Below are positions 36,773 through 48,300 of a DNA stretch of 64,000 nt, in pieces. Below the pieces are notes generated by a model that was given only the letters and a program-made list of their open reading frames with translations, had not been told where the DNA came from and searched no databases. Within the stretch, counting starts at the first letter, position 1; every line of letters begins with the position of its first letter. A program made the position numbers and the translations under genes. The stretch comes from Desulfomonilia bacterium (GTDB lineage Bacteria > Desulfobacterota > Desulfomonilia > UBA1062): the NCBI GenBank assembly GCA_050014195.1, contig JBEKDT010000001.1, forward strand, positions 320,001 through 384,000, written 5' to 3'.

Positions 36773-37798
36773 ATGCCCATTAGCCCAGGAATAAGAATCC
36801 TCATGATCGGACCCAATGCCTTTTACCACAAGAACGTAGCGGCCATGCTCGGCAAGATCGGGTTCAACAACGTGGAGCATGCCGACGACGGACCCACCGG
36901 ATGGGAGATCATGAAGAGGATAAACCCCGGTATCGTCGTCGCCCAGTGGGAAATGCCCGAGATGAATGGTATGGCCCTGCTCAAACTTATCCGTTCGGAT
37001 ATGCAGTACTCGGATACACCCGTTATCCTCTGGACCACTGAGATCAATAAGAGCGACGTCATCAAGGCCGGAGAAACAGGGGTGAATGCCATCCTTGTGG
37101 AGCCCTTAAGCCTGGAGATCCTGGATAAAAAGATAAGCCTTATCCTGGAATTCGAAATGAGCCCGTCTGCAAAGAAGGCAAAGGCATATTTGGATAAGGG
37201 CGATTCATACATGAAGGCAGGTCTTTTTGATCTTGCCCTGAAGGAATATGAGCATGTCCTGAGTATCCTGGAATCAGCCGAAGTTTACTACAACATCGGA
37301 TACATCCATACGGCTAGAGGTGAATACGATGAGGCGCTGGCCGCCTTCAGGAAGGCCACCCAGATCAACCAGTTGTTTGCAAAGGCCTACCAGGCCATGG
37401 CTGAAGTATACATCAAGATGAACAATAATGAGATGGCCGAGAAATATCTCAACATGGCAGGCGAGATCTTCTTAGAGCGGGACATGCATGAAAAGGCCGA
37501 GAGTATCTTCAATGAGATTATCTCACTGAACCCGAATACGACAAATGTCTACAACAGCCTAGGCATTATCTATAGGAGGCAGAACCGGCACGCAGATGCC
37601 GTGAAGGTCTACCAGAAGGCAATCAAGATCGACCCTGCCGACGAAAACATCCACTTCAATATGGGCAGGGCCTATCTTGAGATGGAAGAAACCCACCTGG
37701 CAAAGGAATGCTTTATAAAAGCGCTTAAGATCAACCCGAATTTTGAAACAGCCTCCAACATGGTCAAGGCGCTTGAGTCCATGGAAAAGACCCCCTGA
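36773..37798 (+). CDS. Receiver-like domain + TPR protein
   Basis: AQWEMPEMNGMALLK (Gln at the usual phospho-Asp position); about six TPRs. Confidence 0.85.
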   Translation: MPISPGIRILMIGPNAFYHKNVAAMLGKIGFNNVEHADDGPTGWEIMKRINPGIVVAQWEMPEMNGMALLKLIRSDMQYSDTPVILWTTEINKSDVIKAGETGVNAILVEPLSLEILDKKISLILEFEMSPSAKKAKAYLDKGDSYMKAGLFDLALKEYEHVLSILESAEVYYNIGYIHTARGEYDEALAAFRKATQINQLFAKAYQAMAEVYIKMNNNEMAEKYLNMAGEIFLERDMHEKAESIFNEIISLNPNTTNVYNSLGIIYRRQNRHADAVKVYQKAIKIDPADENIHFNMGRAYLEMEETHLAKECFIKALKINPNFETASNMVKALESMEKTP

Positions 37799-37808
37799 GT
37801 CCAAGCCC

Positions 37809-39029
37809 CTAATAGTATTTCTTCAACTCGAACACCTTTCGGTCTTGTGTCGCCACGATGTGGTAGAACTTATCCTGGGGTATGTAGATGTAAGGCACAT
37901 CCTCTTCCCGCCGGTAGAGAAAGTGCGAGAGGATCATGCGGTTAACGGCCCTATGCCCGATGATCATAATGTTGTCGGGTCTCTGGTTTAAATAAAAGGC
38001 CTTTTTAATGCCGATCTTGATCCGCTCCTTCATGCTCACATAACCTTCGCCGCCGGGGTAGATATAGTTGTACTTATCCGCCTTCCGGGCGGAATAAATG
38101 TCCGGTTTGAAGCGCTGGATCTCGTCATAGGTCATGCCCTCGCAGATGCCTGCATGGATCTCGTTGAATTCCTTTAAGGGTACGATGGTACAATCATCCT
38201 GGAGGGCCTTAATGGCCCTGGCAGTCTGGATGGTCCTCTTCCTTTCGCTCGTAAAGATATATGATATTTTTTTATTTTTAAAAAACCGGCCAAGGGCGCC
38301 GGCCTGATCCTTGCCCTTGGGCGTGAGGTCCGGGTCCCCGCCGATGCGGTCCTCCACGTTAAAGAAGGTCTCGGTGTGGCGGATGAGGAAAAGGCCCTTC
38401 ACCACGTCGGTCACCAGGCAGTCTCTGATGCGGGAATAGAGCGGGAGCTGATCCTCGATCTGCTCGATGAGGACTCTATTATGCAGGGAATCCATGGTGA
38501 TGAAGTTTCGCTCCACATGCAGCGGGCTGTATATTATTCGATAGTATTCGATCCTCTTCTTGAACTCTTTGACAGCCAGCTTATCACTCAGGGATGAGAA
38601 CTCGGGGGCACGCACTTTGTGTTGGATGCTTACATCCACGATATCCTCGTCGTTGTTGATACATTCGATATACAGTATGGGATGGTCTTTCAAATGCTCC
38701 TCGATAAGCTCGCGCCTGTTGCGGCTTACGTTCGTGGCGTCCAGGATGGCCACTTGGCCCTTGTTCTTCAGGTACAGATTTGCTCGGTTGATGTTCATAA
38801 GGGCGAACTTCTTCCTGAGCTCAGCAGCGGCCTTGTTTTCAGGATTATAGAATTCCGCCCTCCATGTTTCCTTGGGTGCATATTTTCTTCTCAGCTCGCC
38901 GTTGTTGTAGATCATGGTATGGATGGAGTTCTTCTGAAAGATGTCCTGTAGACGGTATGCAATCGTGGACTTACCCTGAGAAGGCAGGCCCACCATTATG
39001 ATAAAGAGCTTCTCATCCTTGATGGTCAT
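37809..39029 (-). CDS. Bifunctional 6-phosphofructo-2-kinase/fructose-2,6-bisphosphatase-like protein
   Basis: IMVGLPSQGKS, AILDATNVSRNRR, FKKRIEYY kinase domain; IRHTET..N...IGGD..LT, LKEFNEIHAGICEGMTY, YPGGEGY, IIGHRAV phosphatase domain. Confidence 0.88.
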   Translation of the reverse strand: MTIKDEKLFIIMVGLPSQGKSTIAYRLQDIFQKNSIHTMIYNNGELRRKYAPKETWRAEFYNPENKAAAELRKKFALMNINRANLYLKNKGQVAILDATNVSRNRRELIEEHLKDHPILYIECINNDEDIVDVSIQHKVRAPEFSSLSDKLAVKEFKKRIEYYRIIYSPLHVERNFITMDSLHNRVLIEQIEDQLPLYSRIRDCLVTDVVKGLFLIRHTETFFNVEDRIGGDPDLTPKGKDQAGALGRFFKNKKISYIFTSERKRTIQTARAIKALQDDCTIVPLKEFNEIHAGICEGMTYDEIQRFKPDIYSARKADKYNYIYPGGEGYVSMKERIKIGIKKAFYLNQRPDNIMIIGHRAVNRMILSHFLYRREEDVPYIYIPQDKFYHIVATQDRKVFELKKYY

Positions 39030-39241
39030 TGAAACTGAATAACATTCGCCTTCTGGCAACACAAGGCCTTTTGCTCATACGAATGCCTTTTGATCCGGCA
39101 TTATCAATCACTTTTTCCTCTAATGATTTCCCGACCCGATCGTGCCTTAAACCAGCACCAGGGCGCGCTCCACATCGACTTAAGACTTGAGAAAAACACC
39201 TTGACAAGCCCCTGCTCAGCCGTTAGAAGAGCTAAGTACGC

Positions 39242-39315
39242 TGGGGGATGGTCTAATGGCAAGACAGCGGACTCTGACTCCGCTTATCTAGGTTCGAATC
39301 CTAGTCCCCCAGCCA
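39242..39315 (+). tRNA. tRNA-Gln(CTG)
   Basis: TGGGGGA/TCCCCCA acceptor stem, GCGGA-CTCTGAC-TCCGC, CTAGG-TTCGAAT-CCTAG, GCCA. Confidence 0.95.
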
Positions 39316-39324
39316 AAATGTTTT

Positions 39325-39400
39325 GGTCCCATCGTCTAGTGGCCTAGGACAACGGCCTCTCACGCCGTAAACAGGGGTTCGATTCCCCTTGGGACTACCA
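39325..39400 (+). tRNA. tRNA-Glu(CTC)
   Basis: GGTCCCA/TGGGACT acceptor stem, ACGGC-CTCTCAC-GCCGT, AGGGG-TTCGATT-CCCCT, ACCA. Confidence 0.95.
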
Positions 39401-39660
39401 GGCAAATCCAAAGGGTTGCGTAATTAAGCGTGACCCTTTTTGTTTTTATAGCGTTTATTCCCGCCACTATTCCCTCCAGACACAGCGATCACGATGTTAT
39501 TGGGCAACGGGTCAATGGATTTGTCCACGATCAATATATCACCAGAATGTATCCCGGCATCGATCATAGATGTTCCCTCCACCCTGACGAAGAAGGTGAC
39601 TGTTTGGTTCTTCTGGTACCTGTGGGTAATGGATTTGATTATTTCTTTATGGTTTCACCC

Positions 39661-39888
39661 TTAATCAATTGGGATGTTCAAAGCCAAGTGTCGTGGAAAA
39701 TGTGGATGTCCACCATGCCTGTCTAGGGCAACAAGCAGATAGACCACTGTTACAACTGTGAGGGCTACGATGAGTGCAATATCTACTCCTTGTTCATTCC
39801 TATGATCATCTTCATTACCGTAGGCATACGCTGTTGAAAAGCCGAGAAAAGACAATATCACCAGTATAGATAGCATTTTCTTGATCAT
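39661..39888 (-). CDS. Small exported/membrane protein
   Basis: Signal peptide ending AYA, one further TM segment; AAGGAGG RBS. Confidence 0.6.
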   Translation of the reverse strand: MIKKMLSILVILSFLGFSTAYAYGNEDDHRNEQGVDIALIVALTVVTVVYLLVALDRHGGHPHFPRHLALNIPID

Positions 39889-39944
39889 GATATCCTCCTT
39901 ATCTCTTTTGCTGAGATCCAGACTGTCTTATTTCCTCAAATTTT

Positions 39945-39959
39945 GCATAAGATATGCCA
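39945..39959 (-). promoter_or_regulatory. Possible sigma54 promoter
   Basis: Minus strand TGGCATATCTTATGC (GG-N10-GC), 56 nt upstream of ATG 39888. Confidence 0.5.
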
Positions 39960-40015
39960 GATATATAGCCTGTAATATCATATAGATGATAGATGTAGTT
40001 GTTGTATTTCAGCCA

Positions 40016-40192
40016 CAGATGATCATAGACCAGAGTACCTTGATCACAGGATCATTCAACTTCACCAAAGCTGCTGAGGATAATAATGCTGAAAATCTGC
40101 TTATCATAAAGGGCAACAAGTCTTTGGTGGACAGATATATTCAGAATTTCAATGAGCATAGAGAGCATTCTGAAAGATATTCCTGGAGATAA
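40016..40192 (+). pseudogene. C-terminal fragment of a PLD/Nuc-family endonuclease
   Basis: MIIDQSTLITGSFNFTKAAEDNNAENLLII; the HxK start of the HKD motif is missing. Confidence 0.75.
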
Positions 40193-40232
40193 ATTTGCTA
40201 TACAGAACAATTAAGTTAGCTCTTATAAGTGA

Positions 40233-40860
40233 TCAAATAATCACTCCCATTAAACACAGAGAGCCAATCCACACCCTCTCGATGTTTATGACATTGAACA
40301 TCGTATTTCCGTACTCCAGCGGTATTGCCCATTCCACAGCCTCTTTTTCCACCAGATTCAATTGGAAATGACGGTTGAAACTCTCAATGGTTGATTCTAG
40401 ATTTTCTACCATGCTCTCAAGGGAAAGCCTGAGCTGATTCCTCTGCTTATCAAGCTCATGTCCAACATTACTCAACACCCGGGGAAAGTCTGTGAGGATC
40501 TTCGCTGAGACATGCCTATATGATGCGGTCACCTCAGTCTTTGAGATCATGCCATTGGTACAGACGAGCCGTAGAAAGAACGATGATATGGATAACGACG
40601 CTATACCCACTTCACTGTTTGATACAGATATACCCGGAGTCATCCTGTCTCAATTGACCGTGTACATCTTATCTTATCCCCATCCGGAATATTCACAGCG
40701 AGGGAATTATCATCCAACGAAGACTGTACCGGCGTATCGACGAATATCCCAGCTTCATGAGGTGTTCCAAGACCTCAACATTGTCCGTTGGGATACCGTG
40801 GTGTGAATATTGCCCTCACCTCGTTCCGGTCGAACCTGAAGAATAGCTCATGGTAATCCT
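40233..40860 (-). pseudogene. Frameshifted DUF932-like gene remnant
   Basis: SNSEVG...LRLVCTNGMI motif; upstream frame [18 protein letters not shown] is disrupted. Confidence 0.6.
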
Positions 40861-40989
40861 CACCACACCCAGGGCAATCATGTCATTAAAATTAGTCAAA
40901 TGTGTATGTCGGCGATTCAAAAGAAGGGAATACTATGGTATATCCAAAAAAACATAGAGTGCATAAAACCAGAATCGAGGAACAAAGCA

Positions 40990-43128
40990 ATGGCAAAGCA
41001 ATCAGACAATGACATCACCAGAGAGACCGCACCAGGCGCACCGCAATCCGTAGACTTCATCCGCACCATCATCAATGAGCACATGCGGACACTCAAGTAC
41101 GACGGCAGGGTGAACACCCGCTTCCCACCGGAACCAAACGGCTACCTGCACATCGGCCACGCCAAGTCCATCTGTCTGAACTTCGGCATAGCAGCCGACT
41201 ACAAAGGCATCTGCAACCTGCGTTTCGACGACACCAACCCTTCTAAGGAGGACCAGGAGTACATCGACTCCATCATGGAGGATGTGCGCTGGCTCGGCTT
41301 TGACTGGGAAAACAGGATATATTATGCATCCGACTACTTCGAGAAGACCTACGAGCTCGCCGAGGAGCTCATCAGAAAAGGCCTGGCCTATGTGTGCGAC
41401 CTGAGCGCAGAAGAGACCAGGCAGTACCGGGGCACGCTCACCGAACCCGGCAAAGACAGCCCCTACCGGAATCGAAGCATGGAGGAGAACCTTGATCTGT
41501 TCCACCGCATGAGGGCCGGGGAGTTCCCGGACGGGGCCCGGGTGCTCCGCGCCAAGATCGATATGGCCTCACCCAACCTCAATATGCGCGACCCCATCAT
41601 CTACCGGACCCTCCGCTCCACCCACCACCGCACCGGCGACGACTGGTGCATCTACCCCATGTACGACTATGCGCACCCTATTTCCGACTCGCTGGAGAAG
41701 ATCACCCATTCCATCTGCACCCTGGAGTTCGAGGACCACAGGCCGCTCTATGACTGGTTCCTGGAGAAGCTCGACATGTACCGGTCCCAGCAGATCGAGT
41801 TCGCCAGGCTCAACCTGAGCTATACCATGATGAGCAAGCGCAGGCTTCTTGAGCTTGTACAGCTCGGAATCGTGTCGGGCTGGGATGACCCGCGCATGCC
41901 CACCATAGCAGGGTTGAGGCGCCGCGGTTATACCCCCGAGGCCATCAAGAAGTTCTGCGACCGCATCGGGGTGGCCAAGAAGGACAGCATGGTGGACATG
42001 GCGCTGTTGGAGTACCACATCCGTGAAGACCTGAATGAAAAGGCTCCCAGGATCATGGCAGTGCTGCAACCGCTTAAGATAACCATCGAGAACTACCCCG
42101 AAGACGCAACCGAGGAATTCGAGATCCCCTATCACCCGGACAATGCAGCCATGGGCTCCCGGAAGGTCCCCTTCTCCCGGACACTTTTTATCGAGCAGGA
42201 CGACTTCATGGAAAACCCACCGGACAAGTTCTTTCGCCTGGCCCCTGGAAGAGAGGTGAGGCTCCGCGGTGCTTACTTCATTACCTGCACCGCTGTGGTG
42301 AAGGACAAGAAGACCGGACGGATAACCGAGCTGAAATGCACCTACGACCCGGCCACCAAGGGCGGAGATGCCCCGGACGGCCGCAAGGTGAAAGGAACGC
42401 TCCATTGGGTTTCTGCCGGTCACGCCGTCACCGCAGAGGTGAGGCTGTACGACCGGCTCTTCATGGTGGAGAACATCAGTGCAGAGGCCGAAAGGACGGG
42501 GAAGGATTACAAGGAATTTTTGAACCCGGACTCACTCGTATCCCTCAAAGGCTGCAAGCTTGAGCCGTCTGTTGCCTCGTCAAGGCCTCTGGGCCGCTAC
42601 CAGTTCGAGCGCCAGGGCTATTTCTGTGCGGACTCAAAGGATTCCACGGGGCAGGCCCTCGTATTCAACCGCACCGTCACCTTGCGAGACTCCTGGGCCA
42701 AGATCGAGAAAACAGCATCAGGCACAAAACCCTCAGCGAAGGGTAAAGCGCCCGAGAAAAAGACCCATGCCACGGAAAAACCTGCGCCCGGGAAACAACC
42801 TGAGATCACCATCGACGACTTTTCAAAACTCGACCTCAGGGTGGGCAAGATCATGGAGGCGTCTGACGTCCAGGGCTCGGACAAGATGGTGCGGCTCATG
42901 ATCGATCTGGGTGAAGGCCGGAACCGCCAGATCTTTGCAGGCATCAGGGGCGCATACCCCGACATGGCAAGCCTCGTGAACAAGAAGGTCATCGTGGTGG
43001 CAAACCTGAAGCCCCGCCAGATGAAGTTCGGCACATCCGAGGGCATGATACTGGCGGGCGGTAGAGGTGACATCTGGAGTATCTGCACCTTTGACGGCGA
43101 CCCCGAACCGGGAGACAAAGTTTCATAA
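40990..43128 (+). CDS. glnS: Glutaminyl-tRNA synthetase with C-terminal tRNA-binding (Trbp111/MetG-like OB) domain
   Basis: [30 protein letters not shown]; tail [16 protein letters not shown]...[19 protein letters not shown]. Confidence 0.96.
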   Translation: MAKQSDNDITRETAPGAPQSVDFIRTIINEHMRTLKYDGRVNTRFPPEPNGYLHIGHAKSICLNFGIAADYKGICNLRFDDTNPSKEDQEYIDSIMEDVRWLGFDWENRIYYASDYFEKTYELAEELIRKGLAYVCDLSAEETRQYRGTLTEPGKDSPYRNRSMEENLDLFHRMRAGEFPDGARVLRAKIDMASPNLNMRDPIIYRTLRSTHHRTGDDWCIYPMYDYAHPISDSLEKITHSICTLEFEDHRPLYDWFLEKLDMYRSQQIEFARLNLSYTMMSKRRLLELVQLGIVSGWDDPRMPTIAGLRRRGYTPEAIKKFCDRIGVAKKDSMVDMALLEYHIREDLNEKAPRIMAVLQPLKITIENYPEDATEEFEIPYHPDNAAMGSRKVPFSRTLFIEQDDFMENPPDKFFRLAPGREVRLRGAYFITCTAVVKDKKTGRITELKCTYDPATKGGDAPDGRKVKGTLHWVSAGHAVTAEVRLYDRLFMVENISAEAERTGKDYKEFLNPDSLVSLKGCKLEPSVASSRPLGRYQFERQGYFCADSKDSTGQALVFNRTVTLRDSWAKIEKTASGTKPSAKGKAPEKKTHATEKPAPGKQPEITIDDFSKLDLRVGKIMEASDVQGSDKMVRLMIDLGEGRNRQIFAGIRGAYPDMASLVNKKVIVVANLKPRQMKFGTSEGMILAGGRGDIWSICTFDGDPEPGDKVS

Positions 43129-43420
43129 CAAAGGCATCGTAACGATAGGCTCCAGGCTAAAAAATGTCTTCCTTCACCGATTGCCTCGTGCCTGTCGTAT
43201 CACACCTCATTCAAAACAAACCCTGCAGGTAAGATCCGATTGGGGGATACCTAAAAATGATATAAAGTTAAGGCTGAGACCTGACCGATGAATACCTTGT
43301 ACCTTATGGTGCGAATTCTCTGCCGGAACTGCCCTTGAACATTCAAGAGAAAGGAGCCTACGGGGTTTGGGGGATGAAAGACAGCACAACAACCAATAGA
43401 TCGCTTCAGTTGAGATTGGC

Positions 43421-45259
43421 ATGATGAGCCTGTTCGGATCAGTCAGAAATCTCTCAACCCATACCACAGTCAGGAAGGGAAACAATGAACCTGTAACACC
43501 GGAAACCGGCCAGATCTGGGCAAACTCACTTTCCCGGGTGGACAATATGCTCGACGGCCTCATTGCAGCGTCCGAGTCTGATTTTCTTACCATTGCCGAG
43601 AATCTCCAGGAATACCACATGCGCGCACTGAAGATGTGCGAAAAGTCAAGCGAAGTGGTCGAGATCATGACGGGTGAAGCCCTGAGATCCGCTACGGATG
43701 GGCTGAACGGGATACTCGATGAATTGAAAACCCATCTTGTCGAATCAAAAGGTCACTTTTCACAGATGAGCAGGGTCTTCCAAGAGCATCGTATGGAACT
43801 TTCCAAAATATCATCCAACATCGAGTCCTTCAGATTACATATCCTTAACTTGAACATGCTGGGTTTCCTCACCCAGGTGGAAAACGCACACATTTATACC
43901 CTGAATACCGGATTTTCAACCCTGACTGATGATGTGAGGCATCTCTCCGAGATGATCAAGCAGAAATCTTCACATATCAGTACCGTATCTGATAACGTGC
44001 AGTCATTCGTTTCTCTTGCACTGTCAAAGATCACCGATTTTGAAAAAACCCAGAGTGAAAGTGCGAGGATTACCCTGGAAAAGGCAGTGGCAAACCACCG
44101 CTCCCTTTCTCATAAATTTAAAAGCGCTTCAGAAGCAGCACGGCTCGTCGAGCAGGTAAGCAAAGACATAGCTTCAAGTATCGGTGACATCGTCATCTCG
44201 ATGCAATTTCACGACATCACGAGGCAGCAACTCGAACATGTGAAGGAGGTGCTTGACCATCTCTGCGCACAAATCGGTAAGGATGATTATACGAAACTCG
44301 AACAGGCAGCCATGGTGAGGGATGTCTTAAAGCTTCAGCATGCCCAGCTGAGGCAATCCCATGAGGAGCTTGCCAATGCGGTGTTCAAGGTCATTGCAAG
44401 CCTCCAGAACATTACCAAGAACGTAAGCGATGTCCTCATGGAAACCCAGGATGTAGCATGGGCCTCTGACACACAGGGGGAGTCTTTCATGGAGGGCATC
44501 GACAGCGGGATCACCTCGGTTATAGAGTGCATCAGAGTCATTGCAGAGGAGCATGCAAAACTTTCTGAAACCGTAAACTCAGCGAGCGAAATGGTTTCCG
44601 AGATGTCTGTGTTCGTTAAAGATATCGAGTCGTTAGGGCTGAACCTCCAGCTTATTGCACTGAATGCGCGGATCAAGGCAGCTCACCTGGGGTCGGAAGG
44701 GGCAATGCTTGATACCATTTCGGGAAGCATTTACGAACTCTCAAAGAATGCCCGTGAAGACACAAAGGACTTAAGCCGGGTACTGGCAACCCTTGTGGAC
44801 CTCTCCATAAGTTTCAAGGATGACATGCTGCATATGCAGGACAAGCAATCAAAGACTATCGGGCTCATGGTGGGTAAACTCAGGGACCTGATCGCCTCAC
44901 TGCGCAAGATAAACGATGCGGTTCATGCAATGCTCAACGAAATGAAGGGCTTGGGTGAATCTCTCTTGTTGGATCTCCAGAATACGGCAGATGAGATTAC
45001 GGTGCATGATAAGGTGGAGAATATACTGAAAAAAGTCCTGAAGATCATAGAAGATACCTCTGAGAGTGCCCGCCTTATCTGCCCCATAGGGTTTGAAACA
45101 GTCGCATTATCGCTTTTGTCAAATCTCAATAGACTCTACACCACAAAAAGTGAGAGGGACATCCATGATCAACACATCGAGTCGGGTCCCGAAGGGGCTC
45201 AGGAATCAGAAAAAACAAAGGCCGGTGATGATCATTGGGAGAACTTAGAACTTTTCTAA
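43421..45259 (+). CDS. Soluble atypical MCP-like protein (paralog of 57328-59163)
   Basis: No TM segments; LQLIALNARIKAAHLG, MQFHDITRQQLEHV; ends NLELF. Confidence 0.75.
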   Translation: MMSLFGSVRNLSTHTTVRKGNNEPVTPETGQIWANSLSRVDNMLDGLIAASESDFLTIAENLQEYHMRALKMCEKSSEVVEIMTGEALRSATDGLNGILDELKTHLVESKGHFSQMSRVFQEHRMELSKISSNIESFRLHILNLNMLGFLTQVENAHIYTLNTGFSTLTDDVRHLSEMIKQKSSHISTVSDNVQSFVSLALSKITDFEKTQSESARITLEKAVANHRSLSHKFKSASEAARLVEQVSKDIASSIGDIVISMQFHDITRQQLEHVKEVLDHLCAQIGKDDYTKLEQAAMVRDVLKLQHAQLRQSHEELANAVFKVIASLQNITKNVSDVLMETQDVAWASDTQGESFMEGIDSGITSVIECIRVIAEEHAKLSETVNSASEMVSEMSVFVKDIESLGLNLQLIALNARIKAAHLGSEGAMLDTISGSIYELSKNAREDTKDLSRVLATLVDLSISFKDDMLHMQDKQSKTIGLMVGKLRDLIASLRKINDAVHAMLNEMKGLGESLLLDLQNTADEITVHDKVENILKKVLKIIEDTSESARLICPIGFETVALSLLSNLNRLYTTKSERDIHDQHIESGPEGAQESEKTKAGDDHWENLELF

Positions 45260-45370
45260 ATCTGTAACTAATTTTTTATTGTAATATGTAAGACAAGATA
45301 TTGATATGAACACCATCATGCATGGTTTCCTCGTATATTCATCAGGGAGATAGAGGAGATATCTAAAGAA

Positions 45371-48300
45371 ATGGAACGCAAACAATCTTCAGGCAAAAAC
45401 CTTAAGGCAACAAAATTGCTCCTCTCCCAGACAATTGACTTCCTGCCCGACCCCACCTTTGCCATAGACCTCAGGGGCAAGGTCATCGTGTGGAACCGGG
45501 CCATGGAAGAGCTGACTCAAATCAGGGCACAAGATATGATTGGAAAGGCGGATTATGAGTATGCCCTTCCCTTCTATGATGAAAGACACCCCATCCTTAT
45601 CGATCTCGTACTCCATCCCGATCCTGATTTTGATACAAAATACACTTCCATCCAGAAGAAAGGAGACAGCCTCTTTGCCGAGACCGTCGCATTGTCTACA
45701 AAAAGATTCCTCTGGGGTAAGGCAAGTCCCATTCATGATAACAACGGGCAGATCATCGGCGCTATAGAGTCAATCAGGGATATCACCGAACTCAGACGGG
45801 CCGAAGAGGCCCTTTTGCAAAGCGAGAAGAAGTACCACGATATCTTTCTCAATGTTTCGGACCTATTGATGATCCACGACTTGAAGGGTAATTTCATCGA
45901 GACCAATCTCGCATCCAAGAAGAGCACGGGATATAGCAAGGCCGATCTGAAAGATATGAACCTCAAGGATATCCTGCCCGAACGCTACAAAACCCAGTTC
46001 AAAGACTACATCAACAGGGTGCTTGAGAACGGAAGCGATGAAGGGCTCATGACCATCGTAGCCAAGACCGGAGACGAGAGGATTCTGGAGTATCGCAACT
46101 CCCTCAGACTGGATCCGGAAGGCAGGCCCACAGGTGTCCGCGGCTCAGCCCGAGACATCACCTCCAGGATCAAGGCCGCAAAGCGGCTCAAGAAAGAGCA
46201 TGACTTCATCACCTCCATCATCCAGACATCTCCGGCCTTCTACGATGCCATCGATCCTGATGGCAGGACAATTTTCATGAATCAGGCCATGCTGAACGCC
46301 TTGGGGTATACATTATCGGATGTAGTGGACAAGGACTACGTTAAACAAATCATCCAGGCAGAAGACCGCAGGGCCTTCAAAGATGCCATGGACACCATGG
46401 TATCATCAAGAAAACCGGTGGTGCATGAGAACAGGGTCCTGGCAAAAGATGGGAAGACCTTGCTTGTCCAGTGGCAGGGCAAGGCCATGTACCATGAAAA
46501 CGGCGAGATCGAGTTCATCTTCGGCATCGGCATCGATATCACCGAGCATAAGCGCTCCGAGCAGGCACTTAAAGAGAGTGAGGAGCGTTACCGCATCCTT
46601 GCGGAAAATGCCAGGGATGTCATCTGGATACTCGACCTTGATCTGAAATATGTATACATGAGCCCCTCGATCAAACGCCTGAGAGGCTATAGTGCTGAAG
46701 AGGTCATGAAACAGAGTCTCGACCAGGTCCTTACACCGGAGTCCTACCGGAGAGCCATGGAGGTTTTCCATAAAGAACTCGGCATCGAACGTATGGGGCA
46801 GATACACGGCCCGGATTGGTCGCGGACCATCGAGATCGAGATGTTTTGCAAGGATGGTTCTACTGTCTGGGCAGAAGTCATCATCAATCTCCTCTATGAT
46901 AAAGAGGGTACGCTCACCAGCTTCATGGGCATCACCCGAGATATCACCAAGCGTAAGCGAATAGAGGAGGAACTTCGTGAGAGTGAGGAAAAATTCCGGT
47001 TGCTCTTCGAGAAATCGGGCGACGGGAGTCTGATCCTCGATGAGGGCAGGTTTATCGACTGTAACGAGGCAGCCATTAAGATTGCCGGATGTACCGATAA
47101 ATCCCAATTAATGAATTATCGCCCGGCCGAGATATCTCCCCCATTTCAACCCGATGGCCTCCTTTCTGCAGAAAAGGCGGAAAAGATGATGGATCTGGCC
47201 ATTAAAAAGGGGTTCCACCAGTTCGAGTGGGTGCACAAGCGGTTCGATGGGACCGAGGTGTATCTTGATGTGATGCTCACCGCCATCCCCATGAAGGGCA
47301 GGCGCCTCCTGTACACCACCTGGAGGGATATCTCCGAACGCAAATCGGTGGATGAGGCCCTGCGCGCATCAGAAGAAAAATTCTCCAAGGCTTTTCACAC
47401 AAGCCCGACTCTTATGGCCATCAACACGTTCGAGGAGGGCCGTTATATCGATGTGAATGAGGTCTTCCTCTCTATACTCGGATATACGAAGGAGGAGGTC
47501 ATCGGAAGGACACCTGATGAAATCGGGATTTTCCCTGATACAAGCTATTTAACCACGACCAGAAAGATTCTCGAAGAACAGGGAAAGCTCAACAACTACG
47601 AGCTCCAGGTCCGCACAAAGGACGGTCATTTCCGCAACGGCCTTTTCTCAGGGGATGTCATCAGGCTCCAGGACAAAAAGTATTGGCTGACCGTCATGAC
47701 GGATATCACGGAAAAAAGGCAGGCCGAAGAGGCACTCAAACAGAGCGAGGAGCGTTTCAGGAGAATGGCCGAGGTGAGCCCGGAGATATTCTGGATGGTG
47801 ACCCCGGATTGGGAAAGGGTCATCTATGTAAGCCCCGCCCTTGAGAGGATCATCGGCATGCCGGTCGATGAGGTATACCGGGACCCCAGGGCCTGGCTCA
47901 ACCTTGTTCATCCTGAAGATAGCAACTATGTTTCCTCCACAATCGGTTTCGGACAAGAACATGCCGCAGATGGAGAGTATGACTTCCGTATTATCCGCAA
48001 AGATGGCGGCATGCGCTGGGTCCGTAACAGGCGATATACCATACATGATGCACAGGGGAACCTTATGTACTACACCGGCATAGCCGAAGACATTACAGAA
48101 CGCAAGCAGGCAGAGGAGGACCGGAAGGTTTATGAGGCCCGTCTTATGCGCTCCCAAAAACTGGAGGCCATCGGAACGCTGGCGGGGGGCATTGCGCACG
48201 ACTTCAACAATATCCTCTCAGCCATCATCGGCTATTCCGAGCTTGCCCTGGATGACCTGCCCAAGGATAACAGCGCTAGTATGAACATCGAGGAGGTACT

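Noticed and set aside
43130-43420. c-di-GMP/GEMM riboswitch upstream of the MCP-like gene
   Set aside because: No GCAAA...GAAA...GACGCAAAGC core found.
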